Below, piece by piece: positions 27,330-41,327 of a DNA stretch of 64,000 nt (positions are counted from its first letter, which is position 1; every line of letters begins with the position of its first letter). The notes beneath the pieces were generated by a model. That model ran no database searches. It was not told the DNA's origin and worked only from the letters and a program-made list of their open reading frames with translations. The position numbers and the translations under genes are program-made. Origin of the DNA: Octopus vulgaris (taxonomy: Eukaryota); the NCBI GenBank assembly GCA_951406725.2, contig OX597814.1, positions 85,374,001 through 85,438,000 on the forward strand. The letters run 5' to 3'.

Positions 27330-27575
27330 CTAATTCAAAGGGATGTAAACACACCAACACTGGTTATCAAGCAGTGGTATATATATAATATACATAGAGA
27401 TAGATAGATAGATAAAGGGCCGTTTTCAGTTCCTGTCTACTAAATCTATTGACAAGGCTTTGGTCAGCCCAAGGCTATAGTTGAGGACACTTGCTGAAGG
27501 TGCCATGCAGTGGAACTGAAACCGAAACTATGTGGTTGGAAAGCAAGCTTCTTGCCACACAGCCATACCTGCACC
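27330..27575 (-). mobile_element. Family A SINE
   Basis: Reverse of ggtgcaggtatggctgtgtggcaagaagcttgctttccaaccacatag. Confidence 0.85.
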
Positions 27576-27701
27576 AAAGTAGACTACATTGATTCCAGTA
27601 TCAGTATCTATTTCAATTAAGTGTTCAATGTCAATTTGTTATTTATCCAAAGCCTAAAAATATCTTCTAAAGTAAAGGTACAGAACTTTATGCATTACTC
27701 T

Positions 27702-27747
<46 letters not shown>

Positions 27748-27884
27748 TACATATACATTCTCTTCTGGAAACAAAATACCAGTACTGGGTGATATTTTGT
27801 AAGAAAAATATGTGAACTTCAGAAATGATATCATGAATGATTAATTTAAATGAATTTATTTCAAATAATCTTCCGATTTATTTC

Positions 27885-28454
27885 ACCATTGGAGTGGATG
27901 AATATGATTGCTTCAGCAAGGGATCAGAACCAGTTGTCAAACAAGGGCAATTTGAACAGGTCATGTTGTGTGTTTGGTAGAATTTCAAGTGGGTGTTGTA
28001 TTTTTTGCCTGTGAATACTCACCTTTATGTTCATCAGCTGTGGCGAGTATATGATGCTTTGAAAGCCTGCTTTCAACATTGGTCAGTCAAAGACATGCAC
28101 TGCTACAGCATGACAGTATCCCAGCACACACTGCTAATGTCCCCAAATGTAAATTTGAGGAACTTGAGGAGCTGGAAGTGCTGCCTCACCTTACCTACAG
28201 TCTAAACCTAACACCATCGAATTACCACCTGTTTCTGAGCCATGACTCATTTCCTGCATGGACAGAGGTGAAACACTGCGGATGAAGTTGAAAATGGGTG
28301 CAGGGAGTTTTTTTGCCTCTAAATCAGCCAAATGGTATAAGCATGGAAGTGAGATTCTGGCACAACAATGGCAACAGACAAGAGAATATGATGGGATATA
28401 TTTTGATACTTTGATGAATAAATGTTTTTTATATGTAATTTGTCTGAACCAGTA
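27885..28454 (+). pseudogene. Decayed mariner transposase, C-terminal catalytic region
   Basis: Frameshifted translation VMLCVW...LLQHDSIPAHTA...LEVLPHLTYSLNLTPSNYHLF...FFASKSAKWYKHG...EYDGIYF matches the mariner motifs HDNARPH and LPHPPYSPDLAPSDYHLF. Confidence 0.9.
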
Positions 28455-28842
28455 ACCCTTTTGATACCAACCTGTCTGAACCCCCCGCTCTGAGTTCTGT
28501 GATACAAAGTTCCTGTTTTGAAGTGTTTTAACCCTTAGGAGAGGACAGGACCAATCTATCGGCCAAAAAGTCAAATGACAAAGATTATATTAATTCATTC
28601 AATTTTGTACAAGAATATATATGTAGGACTTGTGAAAAGAGTCCCATCATCTTGGCACTGAAACTCCAAATGAGGCTCTGTCTCCAAAGGGTTAAATTAT
28701 AACCTATTATTAAAATATCATGTTAATTTATATTCCAAACACCAGCTTAATAACAGTTATTTTACTAAATTCTTCAATGTTTTCGAAATCACTTGTAACA
28801 AAGGCAGTGTGTAGCAAGGGAAATATGGTAACAAAAGGGTTC
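28453..28842 (+). mobile_element. TTAA-type MITE (family E) containing a nested TTAA MITE at 28532-28691
   Basis: Outer ends aacccttttgatacc...ggtaacaaaagggtt. Inner element TTAA|cccttaggaga...tctccaaaggg|TTAA. A related copy lies at ~30918-31142. Confidence 0.8.
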
Positions 28843-29098
28843 ATTAAAGTTTGAAATACGATAAAACTTTTGACTCAACCTGGTATACAAAATCTGCCTT
28901 AATGAACTCCATCTGATCCATGTCAGCATGGAAAAGTGGACACTAAAATGAAGATATGATGTCCAGGTGACTCCATAAGGTATGAGGTAAGGAGAAGTGT
29001 GTTGGGACAGTGGAAATAAGAACGAGGTTGGGTGGGGGTTAGTAGCTGCTTTAAAAAGATGATCAGTCAATAACAACATAGAAAAAATTACAACTTAC

Positions 29099-29176
29099 AA
29101 TTTGGTTGTTGTTTTCAGTCAAAACACCCAAAGTATTTTTACGGGTTGTATGAACCTTTGAAGATACTGATGACAT
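29099..29176 (-). CDS. ERAL1: ERAL1 internal coding exon with G2 motif
   Basis: 78-nt exon, ttatttattttcAG...GTaagt. Encodes MSSVSSKVHTTRKNTLGVLTENNNQI; VSxKVHTTR is the ERAL1/Era G2 signature. Phase 0/0, in frame with the 45835-45962 exon. Not represented in this frame in the ORF track. Confidence 0.95.
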
Positions 29177-29463
29177 CTGAAAATAAATAATTAAAACAAT
29201 GAAAATAACAATAGCCATCTATACTCAGTGTAAATACATCACTGAAAGGTAAATTTACTGATATTGCAAATAGCTGCCCAGCAGAATAAAAAGCTATTAC
29301 ATACAATAGAAGCAATATCAAATTAAAATAGCCATCTATGTATTATACTTAGAGTAAATACATCATTAAAAGGAAAATTTACTGTGGTATTCAATGTCAC
29401 ACACATATGTATTGATATATGTATACATATGTATGTGTGTGTGTGTATATGTATAAATGCATA

Positions 29464-29499
<36 letters not shown>

Positions 29500-30021
29500 T
29501 ATATATATATATATATACACATACACAGCCATAACAATATAGATACCCATACATAGACGTACAGATGTATGCACACACACACACATATACATAGATTACA
29601 CAAATATAAAATAAACGCAGATATACATGTACATACAAGCTAGCAGATTCCAAAAGATTAAGAAAACACACACACACATGCACACAAATTGAAATAAAAA
29701 CATTGCAACATACACAAACACAAAACATAAAAGAATATAATAGGATGGTGAGAAGAGTTAACAAAAGGATTCACATTTCCAGTGTCAAAATATAATGAGG
29801 ATGTTGAGAAGCACACACATAATCATACATATGTATACATATGTTCATGTAGACACGCAAACACACATGGACATATGAAATTATATACACTCATACATAC
29901 ACTTACAGACCAATTGGATTACATAAAAAAATGAAAAATTATATATCTTTACTTAAATATTCATAAAAACATACACACACATATTTATGCATTCATATAT
30001 ATATACACACACACACATATA

Positions 30022-30268
30022 CAGGGTGGCCCAAAAGTAGGCTTACAGTTATTCAACTATCTCTTTCACATTCATATATTAACAGTTTAGATCTTAATTA
30101 TAAAAAGATATGAAACCATTATTCTATGCTAATTTCTTAAATTTTGTCAAGCCCCCATTTAAATTTGTAAGATAGAAATTTAAATGTAATAAAATATTTT
30201 AAAAGAGATTTAAAGTGCCTACGTGATTGCCTACGTGATATCTGTAATCCTACTTTTGGGCTACCCTG
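30022..30268. mobile_element. Tc1/mariner MITE
   Basis: 27-bp TIRs cagggtggcccaaaagtaggcttacag / ctgtaatcctacttttgggctaccctg, flanked by TA. Confidence 0.9.
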
Positions 30269-30346
30269 TATGTGTGTATATATATATATACATACACACA
30301 ATGGACATTCAATAATGATGATGATATAAAAGAATATATATATGTA

Positions 30347-30436
<90 letters not shown>

Positions 30437-31334
30437 CACCATGGATCCATATTCTAAAGGAAACAGAAAGAACGGTTCCTATTCAAACTTGGCACCATGT
30501 TACTGACATGTTTAACTCCTTAGCATTTAAACAGGCCATAACCAGGCAAAATATGTTACCTGTCTTATGTTCAAACTGATCAGATCCTGCCATTCACACC
30601 TACTCTACAATGTCATCAAAGTCATGCCCCAGCATGGCCACAATCTAACGACAGAAACAAGTAAAAGGTAAAAGAAAAATTTCTTGATTTCAATGTTTAT
30701 AGGGTTGATTTGATAGATGTTTATCTCTCAAATAACACAGTCTACCTAACTGTAAGAAACATGAGAAGAAACAATGAGAACCACTCTGCAGTCACTTGAC
30801 CCATTAGAAATAGCAATTAAATCTCCCTCAAATCACACACTACTATACCGAAAAGAAAAAAAAAAGGACACTGATTTTGTAGATTTAGAGAGGCAAAAAG
30901 ATTGTATGGCCATGGCTTAATCATTTTGATACCAACCTGCAGAAAACTGTATCTAGTTCTATGATATAAGCTTCCTAGTTCAAAGTGATCTAAATTAAAA
31001 TTTCCCATCAAAATTTCATTAATTTATGTTCTTAACACCTGCTTAATAACTACAGTTATTTTACTAAATTCTTCATTATGTTCAAAATTAATTGAAACAC
31101 AGGCTGTGTATTTCAACAGAAATATGGTCACAAAAGTGTTAATGGCTTTTCATCATGTCATCAAGCATGGTTGACTAGGAACCTAAATAACAGCAATGTA
31201 AAATTTATATTGTAAAATAAACAAAAATTTGCCTCTTATTAAATAAAACAATCTTACAGGGTTGGATTCAGTTTCTTGTCTGCCAGGCTGATGATCTGCA
31301 CATTATTATCCATTGTATATTAATAACGATCATA

Positions 31335-32290
31335 GGTCAGGTGAGGACATATGTGACGCACAGGCGCTGTTGCAATGTGTTGCTGCATTCATCATTTATT
31401 AGTATATTCCTGGGTCCTCCCATGCAAACTGTTGAGCAGAGTCCCAGTCTGTCCCCACCTTCACAAGATACCTCCTCATCTGCTGTGACCATGTGGCATG
31501 TGGTCAACCAACACAAGCTGTCAACCCAGCTGGATCCTCAATGAAGGGAACACTGTAAGCAGGGTCTAACTCAGAAAACTGAGCAACATGGCCAAACATC
31601 TGAGCTAGCATTCTTGAATCATGCAAGTAATAAGGTGCATCCCAGTTTCTAAGTAGAGCTGTTGGTTGGATATGGTAACCCATAATCCTGTTAAGCATTC
31701 TGGCACCAAAGGAGTTCAGGTGGCTCCTAAGGGCCCCAGAAAGGGTCCAAGTCTCACAACTATAGAGTAAAAATGTAAAAGTAAAGGTTATGTTAAAAAG
31801 GCAAAGTTATCTTCTCAAGCCATGCTGACTCATAAGGGCTGGTTTCCTGTTTCCCTATCACAGAATTATTCATTTATGCCAACTGAGTGGACTGGAGCAA
31901 CGTGAAATGAAGTGTTTTGCTCAAGAACACAATACATCGCCCGGTCCAGGAATTGAAACCACAAAGTTACAATCATGAGTCCAGCCCCCACTAACCACTA
32001 AGCCACACACCTCCACAAGAGTAGGATAGAGAGGACCAGAGACCTTAAGACTTGAACCTTCTTCCTCCTGCTCAGATATTGGCAGTACCAAACAACCTTG
32101 TCCAATGAATCCACAACTGCATTGGCTCATCAAAATCTTTTTTAGGACTTCCGACTTGCAGCTAATGCCACTATGAATCTCATTGCTGAAATAAGTGAAG
32201 TGGTCAACAACCTCAACATTCTCAATGCCCCAGAGACAAACAAGGCTGCAACCCTCCAAGAAGCCAGTGGAAGACTGGAATAATGATCAG
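31335..32290 (-). mobile_element. RTE-clade LINE 3' fragment, split by a SINE
   Basis: Minus-strand translation ENVEVVDHFTYF...LSRRKKVQVLRSLVLSILL|YSCETWTL...LNSFGARMLNRIMGY...FGHVA is typical of the RTE RT C-terminus. Confidence 0.85.
31770..32017 (-). mobile_element. Family B SINE inserted into the RTE fragment
   Basis: TSD agagta at 31764-31769 and 32018-32023. Reverse head ggaggtgtgtggcttagtggttag...gtttcaattcctggaccgggcg. Confidence 0.85.
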
Positions 32291-32409
32291 AGATCCTAAT
32301 GTATTATGGAACTTGTCAGATTATTAAAGCAATTATTATTTTTATTCTTTTATATGTTTCAGACCTAAGGTTGTGGCCATGCTAGGGCACTGCTAGTCTT
32401 AAAAATTAT

Positions 32410-32814
32410 TATCTTTTCATCTTTTACTTGTTTCAGTTATTGAACTGCAGTTGTACAGTGGCATCTTGAAGGGTTTTAGTTGAACAAATCAACCCCAGTA
32501 TTAATGTTCTTTTTTTCCATCCTCTAAGTCTGGTACTTGTTCTATCAGTCTCTTTCGATGAATCACTAAGTTACAAAGATATTAACAAACCAACACTGAT
32601 TGTCAAGTGGTGATTTGGGAGATGACAAATGCAGACACAAAAACACACACAAAAACTCATACACATAAAAGCTCAAGTTTCCACACATTTTCCATTTGCC
32701 AAGGCCTGAGGCTGTAATAGAAGACACTTGGCCAAGATGCCATGCAGTAGGACTGAACTGAAAACCATGACATTGCAAAGTGAATTTCTTAACTACACAG
32801 TCACACCTGAACCT
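32410..32814 (-). mobile_element. Family A SINE (left member of a head-to-head pair)
   Basis: Reverse-complement match to 32827-33250. Confidence 0.85.
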
Positions 32815-32826
32815 ATTTCTTTTTAA

Positions 32827-33250
32827 AGGCACAGGCATGGCAGTGTAGTAAGAAGTTTGCTTCCCAACTACATGGTTCCAGGTTCAGCCCTACTGTGTGG
32901 CACCTTGGGCAAGTGTCTTCTACTATAGCCTTGGGCTGACCAAAGCCTTGTGAGTGGATCTGGCAGATGGAAACTGAAAGAAGCCCATCACATATATGTA
33001 TATACATATATATATATATATTGATGTGTGTGACTTTGAGTCTGCATTTGTTCCCCATCACCACTTGACAACTGGTGTTTATGTCCTGGTAACTTAGCAG
33101 TTCAACAAATGGGTCAAATAGAATAAGTACCAGGCTTTAAAGTAAAATAAATACTGGGGTCAATTCATTCAACTAAAAATCCTTCAAGGTGGTGCTCCAG
33201 CATTGCCACAGTCAAATGGCTAAAACAAGTGAAGAAGTAAAAAATAAAAG
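32827..33250 (+). mobile_element. Family A SINE (right member), full length
   Basis: ggcacaggcatggcagtgtagtaagaagtttgcttcccaac...ggcaccttgggcaagtgtcttctactatagcc...aaaacaagtgaagaagtaaaaaataaaaga. Confidence 0.9.
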
Positions 33251-34320
33251 ATACCACTTTTTACTACTTACTACTAAACTGTGAAATATCAGGGAAACTT
33301 GCTTGTCAGCTAGGTAGACTGAGCCAAGCAGAGTTATATAATTTTCAAGGTATATAAATCACATTGACCAGAATAGTAAGGGTTGAACTCAGGACCATGT
33401 GGTCAGCAATCTCAGTCTTTTGTAAGTATGAAACACTGATAATCAAACAATGTAAGAAATGTAGAGGAAGCAACAATAACTGTCATACCAAGAAAGAACA
33501 GCAATGTAAGGAAGGGAGGAGAGATAATAAATCTTCCTCACTTCAAACTCTATAAAAGAAAAATAAAATAAAACCCAAATAGAAAAATAAATGAAATTAA
33601 AAAAGATCAGTAGAAGAGAAGATAAGTTCTTGAAGAAAAATGAAATGGTCAAAATTGATAATGATGATGATGATGGTTGGGATAGTGAGAAAAGAAAAAC
33701 AAAAATAAAGAAATAGAATAAGATAGAATGATGGAAATTAATACAAAAATATTAATAGAAAAATAACAGGAAGACAAATCTTCTGGACATAGTTTTATCT
33801 TTTATCATTAATATTAGAAGATTTAGCATTATTTTTTCCTAGTATCTTCCTTTTATTTTTGTGTTAATGTCATTGGTTTCACTGTTTGTTTACCTTTGTC
33901 ATCATTATCACCATCATCATCATCATCATCATTGTTACTATCATTGTTGTCGGTGTTATTTTATTCATTGTTATCAGTATTATTATTATTATTTTAATTA
34001 TTTTTTTTTTGCAGTTCAATCTTAAGCACACATAAAATATTAATATACTATTGCCACCGTAACAGAAACAAGAAACAAATCAACAACAACATCATCAGCA
34101 AGAACAACAATGTTGATGATGATGATGACGACGACGGCTGCTGTTATATTTTTACTTTTTGCACTCCTACTTTGATACACATCATCCCACCCCTCGACTC
34201 TGTCAACAGTTGCAGCTAATAATGTCTCTGTCAAATGCTAAAGGCCAAATAACACTGATTAATGTGTTCCTCATCTTGGCAGAGTAAGACAAAAAGAAAA
34301 GAAAACAAAAACATACAGGC

Positions 34321-34400
<80 letters not shown>

Positions 34401-34426
34401 TATATATATATGTGTGTATGTATGTA

Positions 34427-34457
<31 letters not shown>

Positions 34458-34526
34458 GCTAGTATGGAAGGTGGACTTTAAACAACGATGATGATATATA
34501 TATGTATGTATGTATATATGTGCATG

Positions 34527-34587
<61 letters not shown>

Positions 34588-35288
34588 ACATATGTGTGTG
34601 TGTATATATATATATAAATATAACAACATACCAACAGAAAAACAGAGTGGTGAAGAGTGATTTGCTTTAAATAAAATATATATTCTAGGCAGTTTGTTCT
34701 TCTTTTCACTGCAGACCACCATATCTATTGAAAGGAGAAAAACCAATATCTCGCTCCAGAATACCACCAGGGGAATGAATGGAAATCTTTGATTGTTTTT
34801 TTTTTAAGTTTTTCTTTAATATATTTTCTAAAAATTTAATTTGAAACTTTTCTACATCTCTAAGTCTAAATCAAAATAATAACCAATGAAATTCCTTTGT
34901 GAAGGCACAGTAATCAATCAAATTTTCAGATGTCTGCCAACCGAGAATTCTCATAGTGGCAAGTAACCTATCAGATCTGCTCAAAAATGACAATCAATCA
35001 TAAAAATAAACCAAAAAGTAACCCACAGGTAAGCACTGAACAACATAGAGACAATGAAAACAGAAACATTTTTATTTAAACACAATTTAAAGAAGAAAAA
35101 AGACTTTCAACAATTTTCTCACCTACTAACCATCGACACCCACACTATAACAACTATTGTTCCCACCACATAGACATACAAAGGATGACTATGTGATGGT
35201 TACTCAATTAAGCAATGAAGGAGCCTCTACATAACTGCTCATCCTGTTAGAAATAGCAACCAAACCTCCATCAAATTACCCTTAACAC

Positions 35289-35849
35289 CAGTAGTTCTCA
35301 ATAATTTTTTACTTATGAATCCCTCCCCACTTTGATTATCACTGTTTTCTGGTGGAGCTCCATAGTCTCTCAATGTTTAAAATCTAGTTGTATAGATACT
35401 TCTTTCAAGAATTCTTATTTTACTTTTCATACATTAATTTGTGTAGATTGAGTTATGTAAAATGTTACAGAAAGAAACCTAGGTGTTTCTTACAATAAAT
35501 ATATCAAAAGCAAAATTTTTCCATGAGCCAAGTTAACCTGTTAGCATTTAAACCAGCCATATCCAACCCAAATATTCTACCAGCTTTATGTTCAAACTGA
35601 CCAGATCTAGCATCTCACACCACCCCTACAATGTCATTCTAAAAATTAACCATCACATCTTCAAAATCTCTGAGCTACAAAATAATACGTAATTAATTTT
35701 TTTTTTTAATGTGAATAAATAAGCAATACATTTGACAGAGTAATCTAAATGTTAAAGGGTTAAAATTTACTATTTTGTTTGTGTGGACCCCCCTTCCCAA
35801 TCTTATATGGACCTCCTGGGGTCATATGGACTCTGGTTGATAATCACTG
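35289..35849. mobile_element. hAT (Charlie-like) non-autonomous element with a nested family D MITE
   Basis: TIRs cagtagttctcaa / ttgataatcactg and 8-bp TSD cttaacac / cttcacac. TTAA-flanked MITE at ~35533-35763. Confidence 0.8.
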
Positions 35850-37127
35850 CTTCACACCAAATTTCCATCAAATTACACCATACTGCCTAAAGAAAGGATA
35901 CAGTGAATAAAGATGTCCTGGGGATCCTCACAGCTGGAATGTCACTGATCATAAATCGACTTGATGATGACTGATCTGGGGTTAAAAGACAACTCTTTTC
36001 ATAATAACTCAAATGGTCACCAACCTTCTCAATCCCATGTAACTAATCATTATTACCCATACTCAACAGGCCTCATCACAAATCACACTGACCATTAGCA
36101 ACCACATCCATGTAACACACTGGCCATGTTACACTGACACTCACCAACCACCATCACCCATACCTATTAATTTTGCAGTTAACATATGTGAGTGTATGTG
36201 TATGCACACACACACACATACACACACACACACACACATGTATATATAATCAAATGATTAACAAAAGATGATGGATATGCACCATAGGGATTTACGACAT
36301 GTCAGACACCCTGGAGTATATCAACAATATACAATCAATGTAACATGTGCTCTGGACTAGCCCCTAGGTGCTAAATACTCATAGGGTTGGGTTTTTTTCT
36401 GTGTACACAATCAGGATATCCTATTAAAGGAAGAGAGAGAAAACCCCAGATAAAATGAAACCTTGCTGCAAAAGTACAGACAAAAAAATAGGCAGGCAAG
36501 CACATGTTCTCATCACAAGATCTTGACTCAACTGTATTATGTATTGAACATGAGAAATGAAACCATCTTATAGCTTCATGCAAAGACATTTACACTCCAA
36601 GCTTTCATGTATATTCCCGTCTCAACAGTTTTTCAACCACAAACCGAACAAAGGATATAGTTGCTTCTTATGAACTCATAAGAAGTGATATGAAAAACCA
36701 AGTCAAAATGTCATCTCCTGCTAATAAGTGCAACTACTATGTACTTCAGGTAAAAAAAAAAAATGGGCACTGTGAGATACAAGGGCTTGCAAATGACCCA
36801 TGCAGCAAACATTAACATCAAACTGAGCAAAAATTATTGTAAGAAATTATTGTTCATAACTATTAAGAGTAATCATCATTATTATTGCCATTACTAATTA
36901 TATAACTACATACATGCTGTTGGTAATTTCTTTTGCCTTCTTTGGACTTTTCCCTTTTCCTTCCTGGTGAAGAACTATGCTCAAAATGTTGAAAACTTTC
37001 TTTTTTTACCAGGTGTCAAACTAATACATTCCATGTGCACATCCTCTTGTTGTTTGTTATTGTTATTTTTAATGTTTGTTTATTTGATTGACTATATATA
37101 AACATACATATCTATACAAACATATTC

Positions 37128-37171
<44 letters not shown>

Positions 37172-38462
37172 AACCTATGCAATAGATATATAAACAGAGT
37201 AAATTTAACTACCTGTGTGGAGACTGAAAAAAATTATGATCAACCTTAACAGATTTTCAAACATTATCGCATTCTTATGAGAGGTGTCTACATCACTTAA
37301 CCAATCTCAGAAAACCAAGTAGCCAATCTGTTTATATAAATGTCAAATCAAGGAGCTTCGGAGAACTGGAATGACTAATTTGCATATTATAAGTATTCAA
37401 CACTTTATTATTAATTATTAATATCAGTGGCCTGTCAATGGGTGGGGAGGATCTCAGTGCACATAATATCAAGTAAAGCTATACATAACATATGCTGTAG
37501 ATATATAAATTAAGCAAATTTAACTAATTCTCTATTGATAGAAAAGATGTTGGACAGCTTTAATTGATTTTCAAACTTTATTGGGTTCTCGAATGTATGT
37601 AATGTAAGCATGTATGTAATGTAAGTATGTATGTAATGTATGTATCTATGTATGTATGTATGTGTGTGTGTATGTATTTATGCATGCATGCATTCATACA
37701 TACATGCACACACCTATTTATTAGTGAAAATATACATCTCTTTATATACTGGCACATATACATTCATATATAAATACCATATGTCCATATATGTATGTGT
37801 GTGTCCATATATACATATGCACATGTACATATACATATATGTGGCATATATACATATATGTGCATATATACATATATGTGCATATATATGAGTGTATGTG
37901 CATATATTTACAGACGTATACATTTGCATAAGCTCTTACATTTGTATACATATACATACTTATGTGTACATATATATACAAACACACATACAAAGACACA
38001 CACAGATATACATCTATATACATATTCACACACACACAAACATATGCACACATACATGGGTGTAGATATATATATACTTACACATGCATAGGTACAAATC
38101 TACATATGTATACAAATACATACACATACAGAGGATTACACACATTTGCACACACATTGCCATTCTACATGAAGCTATTTTGAAATTTTTAATTTTTTAC
38201 ATCTCAACCTTGTTAGGCATATGTGAACATGAATCTATCATGTGGTGCTTGTTGACATGAGATAATGAATTGATCGCTCTGTCCAAATATCTATTAAGCA
38301 TATTAATTACATAGATTGAAGCAATGTCAAGAATAAGGAAGGGAAGAAAGGGAGAGAAAAGATATCAGATTTGTTCTGTGTACTGAAGGTCTTCTTGGTA
38401 GGTTTGCATAATATTTCCATTTCATGCTCAGCTACATGCACATACACACATATATATATACA

Positions 38463-38560
<98 letters not shown>

Positions 38561-38574
38561 CATATATTCTTTTA

Positions 38575-38762
38575 TTCTTTTACTTGTTTCAATCATTTGA
38601 CTGCAGCCATGTTGAAGCACAACCTTTAGTCAAGCAAATCAACCCCAGAACTTATTATTTGTAAGCCTAGTATTTATTCTATCAGTCTCTTTTGCTGAAC
38701 CACTAAGACACCTGCATCAATTGTTAAACAATGTTTGGGGGGATGAACACAGACACACACAC

Positions 38763-38819
<57 letters not shown>

Positions 38820-39387
38820 CATACATACACAATGGGCTTCTTTCAGTTTATGTCTACCAAATCCACTCACAAGGCTGAGGCTATAGTAGAAGACACTTGC
38901 CCAAGGTGCCATGTAGTGGGACTGATCCTGGAACCATGTGATTGGTAAGCAAGCTACTTACCATACAGCCACTCCTGTGCCTATGTATATTTTTTATTTC
39001 AACTTTATTTTCTCTATCTTCTTTTATTATTATTATTGTTATATTTTATTTATGCCTTTTTGAAAAACAGTTTTTAAATAGGTTTTTGTGTTTACTAAAA
39101 TAAAAAAGAATAGAAAGAAAAATTCAATGACTTGTCAAGATGGATTTCCAAGAACAATAATACATGCATTCACCATATATACATATTTTACTTCTTTCAG
39201 GTATTAGACTATGGCCATGCTGGGGCACCACCTTGAAGAATTTTTAGTCAAATGAATCGAGTCCAGTGTTTTTTTTTAGCCAGGTACTTATTCTATCAAT
39301 TTCTTTTGCTAAATGGCTAAGTTACACAGACGTAAACACACCAACACCAATTGTTAAGCAGTGGTGCAGGACAAACACACACACAAA

Positions 39388-39424
<37 letters not shown>

Positions 39425-39518
39425 CCATACATAAAATGGGCTTCTTTCAGTTCCTGTCTACCAAATCCACTCACAAGACTTTGATTAGCCCAAGGTGTCA
39501 TGCAGTGGGACTGAACCC

Positions 39519-39520
<2 letters not shown>
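38575..39520 (-). mobile_element. Two family A SINEs (~38575-38980 and ~39185-39520)
   Basis: Shared gggcttctttcagtt...ctaccaaatccactcacaag core with internal (TA)n. Confidence 0.85.
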
Positions 39521-39549
<29 letters not shown>

Positions 39550-40419
39550 ATATACACACATATATGTATCCATCACATATATGATGGATAATAATATTTA
39601 TATATATACACACATGAGATAAATGATATGTATATATATACTGCATGCATTCTCATTGTTTATCATTTATGAGTTATTACATCATGCAAAAGAACTGTTT
39701 CCATCATGTGAATATATACAAATTAAACATTTCAAAAAATATTCCAGGAATCTACATTATGTGCCACTTCATGATTCCTGAAGCTAGCCAGGAATTATAA
39801 ATGTCGAACAATGAATTTTGGGAAAGCATTTAGTCAATTACATTGACCACAGTGCATGACTGTTACTTATTTTATAGACCCTGAAAGGATGAAAGACAAA
39901 GTTGATCTTGGCAGAATTTGAACTCAAAACATAAAGAGCTTTTCAACATCTGAATTACACTGAGGTCAACTTTGCCATTCATCCATTCAAGGTCAATGAA
40001 ATATGTACTGGGGTCAGTGTAATCGACTTATCCTCTTCCTTTAAACTGTTGGCCTTGTGCTAAAATTTAAAACCAATATCAATGGTCAAAATATTTTGAC
40101 ATTCCATATTTTATTGGTGAAATGATTTGCATGAAAACAGTCTTTCAATGTCAACCAATCTGTTGGCAATAATGTTTCAAGGTGTTCTGGCATATTTAAT
40201 TTTGTTGCAAAGATGGGGAAGAGGGCAGGAGATGAAAATGTTCTAGTATAAGAAAGTGGGTGATAATTATAAAAAAAGATTTTAGAAGCCCTGAGTAGAT
40301 CAGTGTTGAAACTTGATGTGATATATTGTTGAAGTATGTATACAATCATGTTATGTACACACACACACATGCATGTGACAACCAATTCATTTTTAGTATA
40401 TTTGCATATTGTTGGAGCA

Positions 40420-40774
40420 ATTGATGAGAGAAGATGAGGTGGAAGAGAAGAGAGACAATGGAAAGAGAAGGTGAAAGAGAAAGCAGGCAAAAGACAGAGA
40501 GGGAAGGAGGGAGGTGAGAAAGAAAGATGGTTGGAGAGCAAAGAAGAATAGTAGAGAGAGGGGGGGAAAATAGTAGTGGGAGGAGAGGTGGAGAGAAGAA
40601 AATATAGAAGTAGAGAAGAAATGGTGGTAGTGAGAGGGGAGAAGGGAACATGGAAAGGGATGAAGAGTGGAGAAGACATGGAAGGGAAGAAGAGATGAGG
40701 CACAGAAGGAGGGAGAAACGTGGTAAGAGGAGGAGAAGAAAGAATACAGGAGAAAGAGAGAAAAGAGAGTGAAT

Positions 40775-40815
<41 letters not shown>

Positions 40816-40980
40816 GGAAGCATTAGAAAAAACGGCCATAAGTGAGAAAGCAGTAAGAAAAAAGAGGAGAGAGAGAGTGATAGGAAGAAATAGAAACAGG
40901 TGATAGAGAGAGGGAGAGAGAGAGAGTGATAAGAAGAAATAGAAACAGGTGAGAGAGAGAGAGAGACAGAGAGAAGAGGA
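40420..40980. repeat. Long polypurine tract with (GA)n and a ~50-bp tandem duplication
   Basis: gagagtgata.gaagaaatagaaacaggtga occurs twice at ~40873-40952. Confidence 0.9.
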
Positions 40981-41327
40981 CAGTAAGAGTTGTAGGTAAA
41001 ACAAAATGGCTTGCAAGGCAGAGGAGTGGGATATATAAAATGCTTCCAGGCAACATTGCAGTAACATTTTAATTAACATGATCACAACTTGAAGCTTATG
41101 AGAAAAACAAACTAACCAACCAGCCAACCAACCTATGATACTTAATAATGTTGTAGAGGCTATTCAATCAATTATTCATATCCCATCTTTACAAACCCTT
41201 CATTATGCTTTTATGGATTAAAATGTTTTTAACCAGTTAAATGCAATATAATTTCTGAATAATGAGCTGAGTATTGTCCACTAAAAGGGGCAATACTGTG
41301 CAGCACAAGTTAGTTGATGCTTTAGAT

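Noticed and set aside
40086-40823. 245-aa S/L/P/F-rich ORF (similarly 10399-10992)
   Set aside because: Translation of a polypyrimidine strand with no domain signal.
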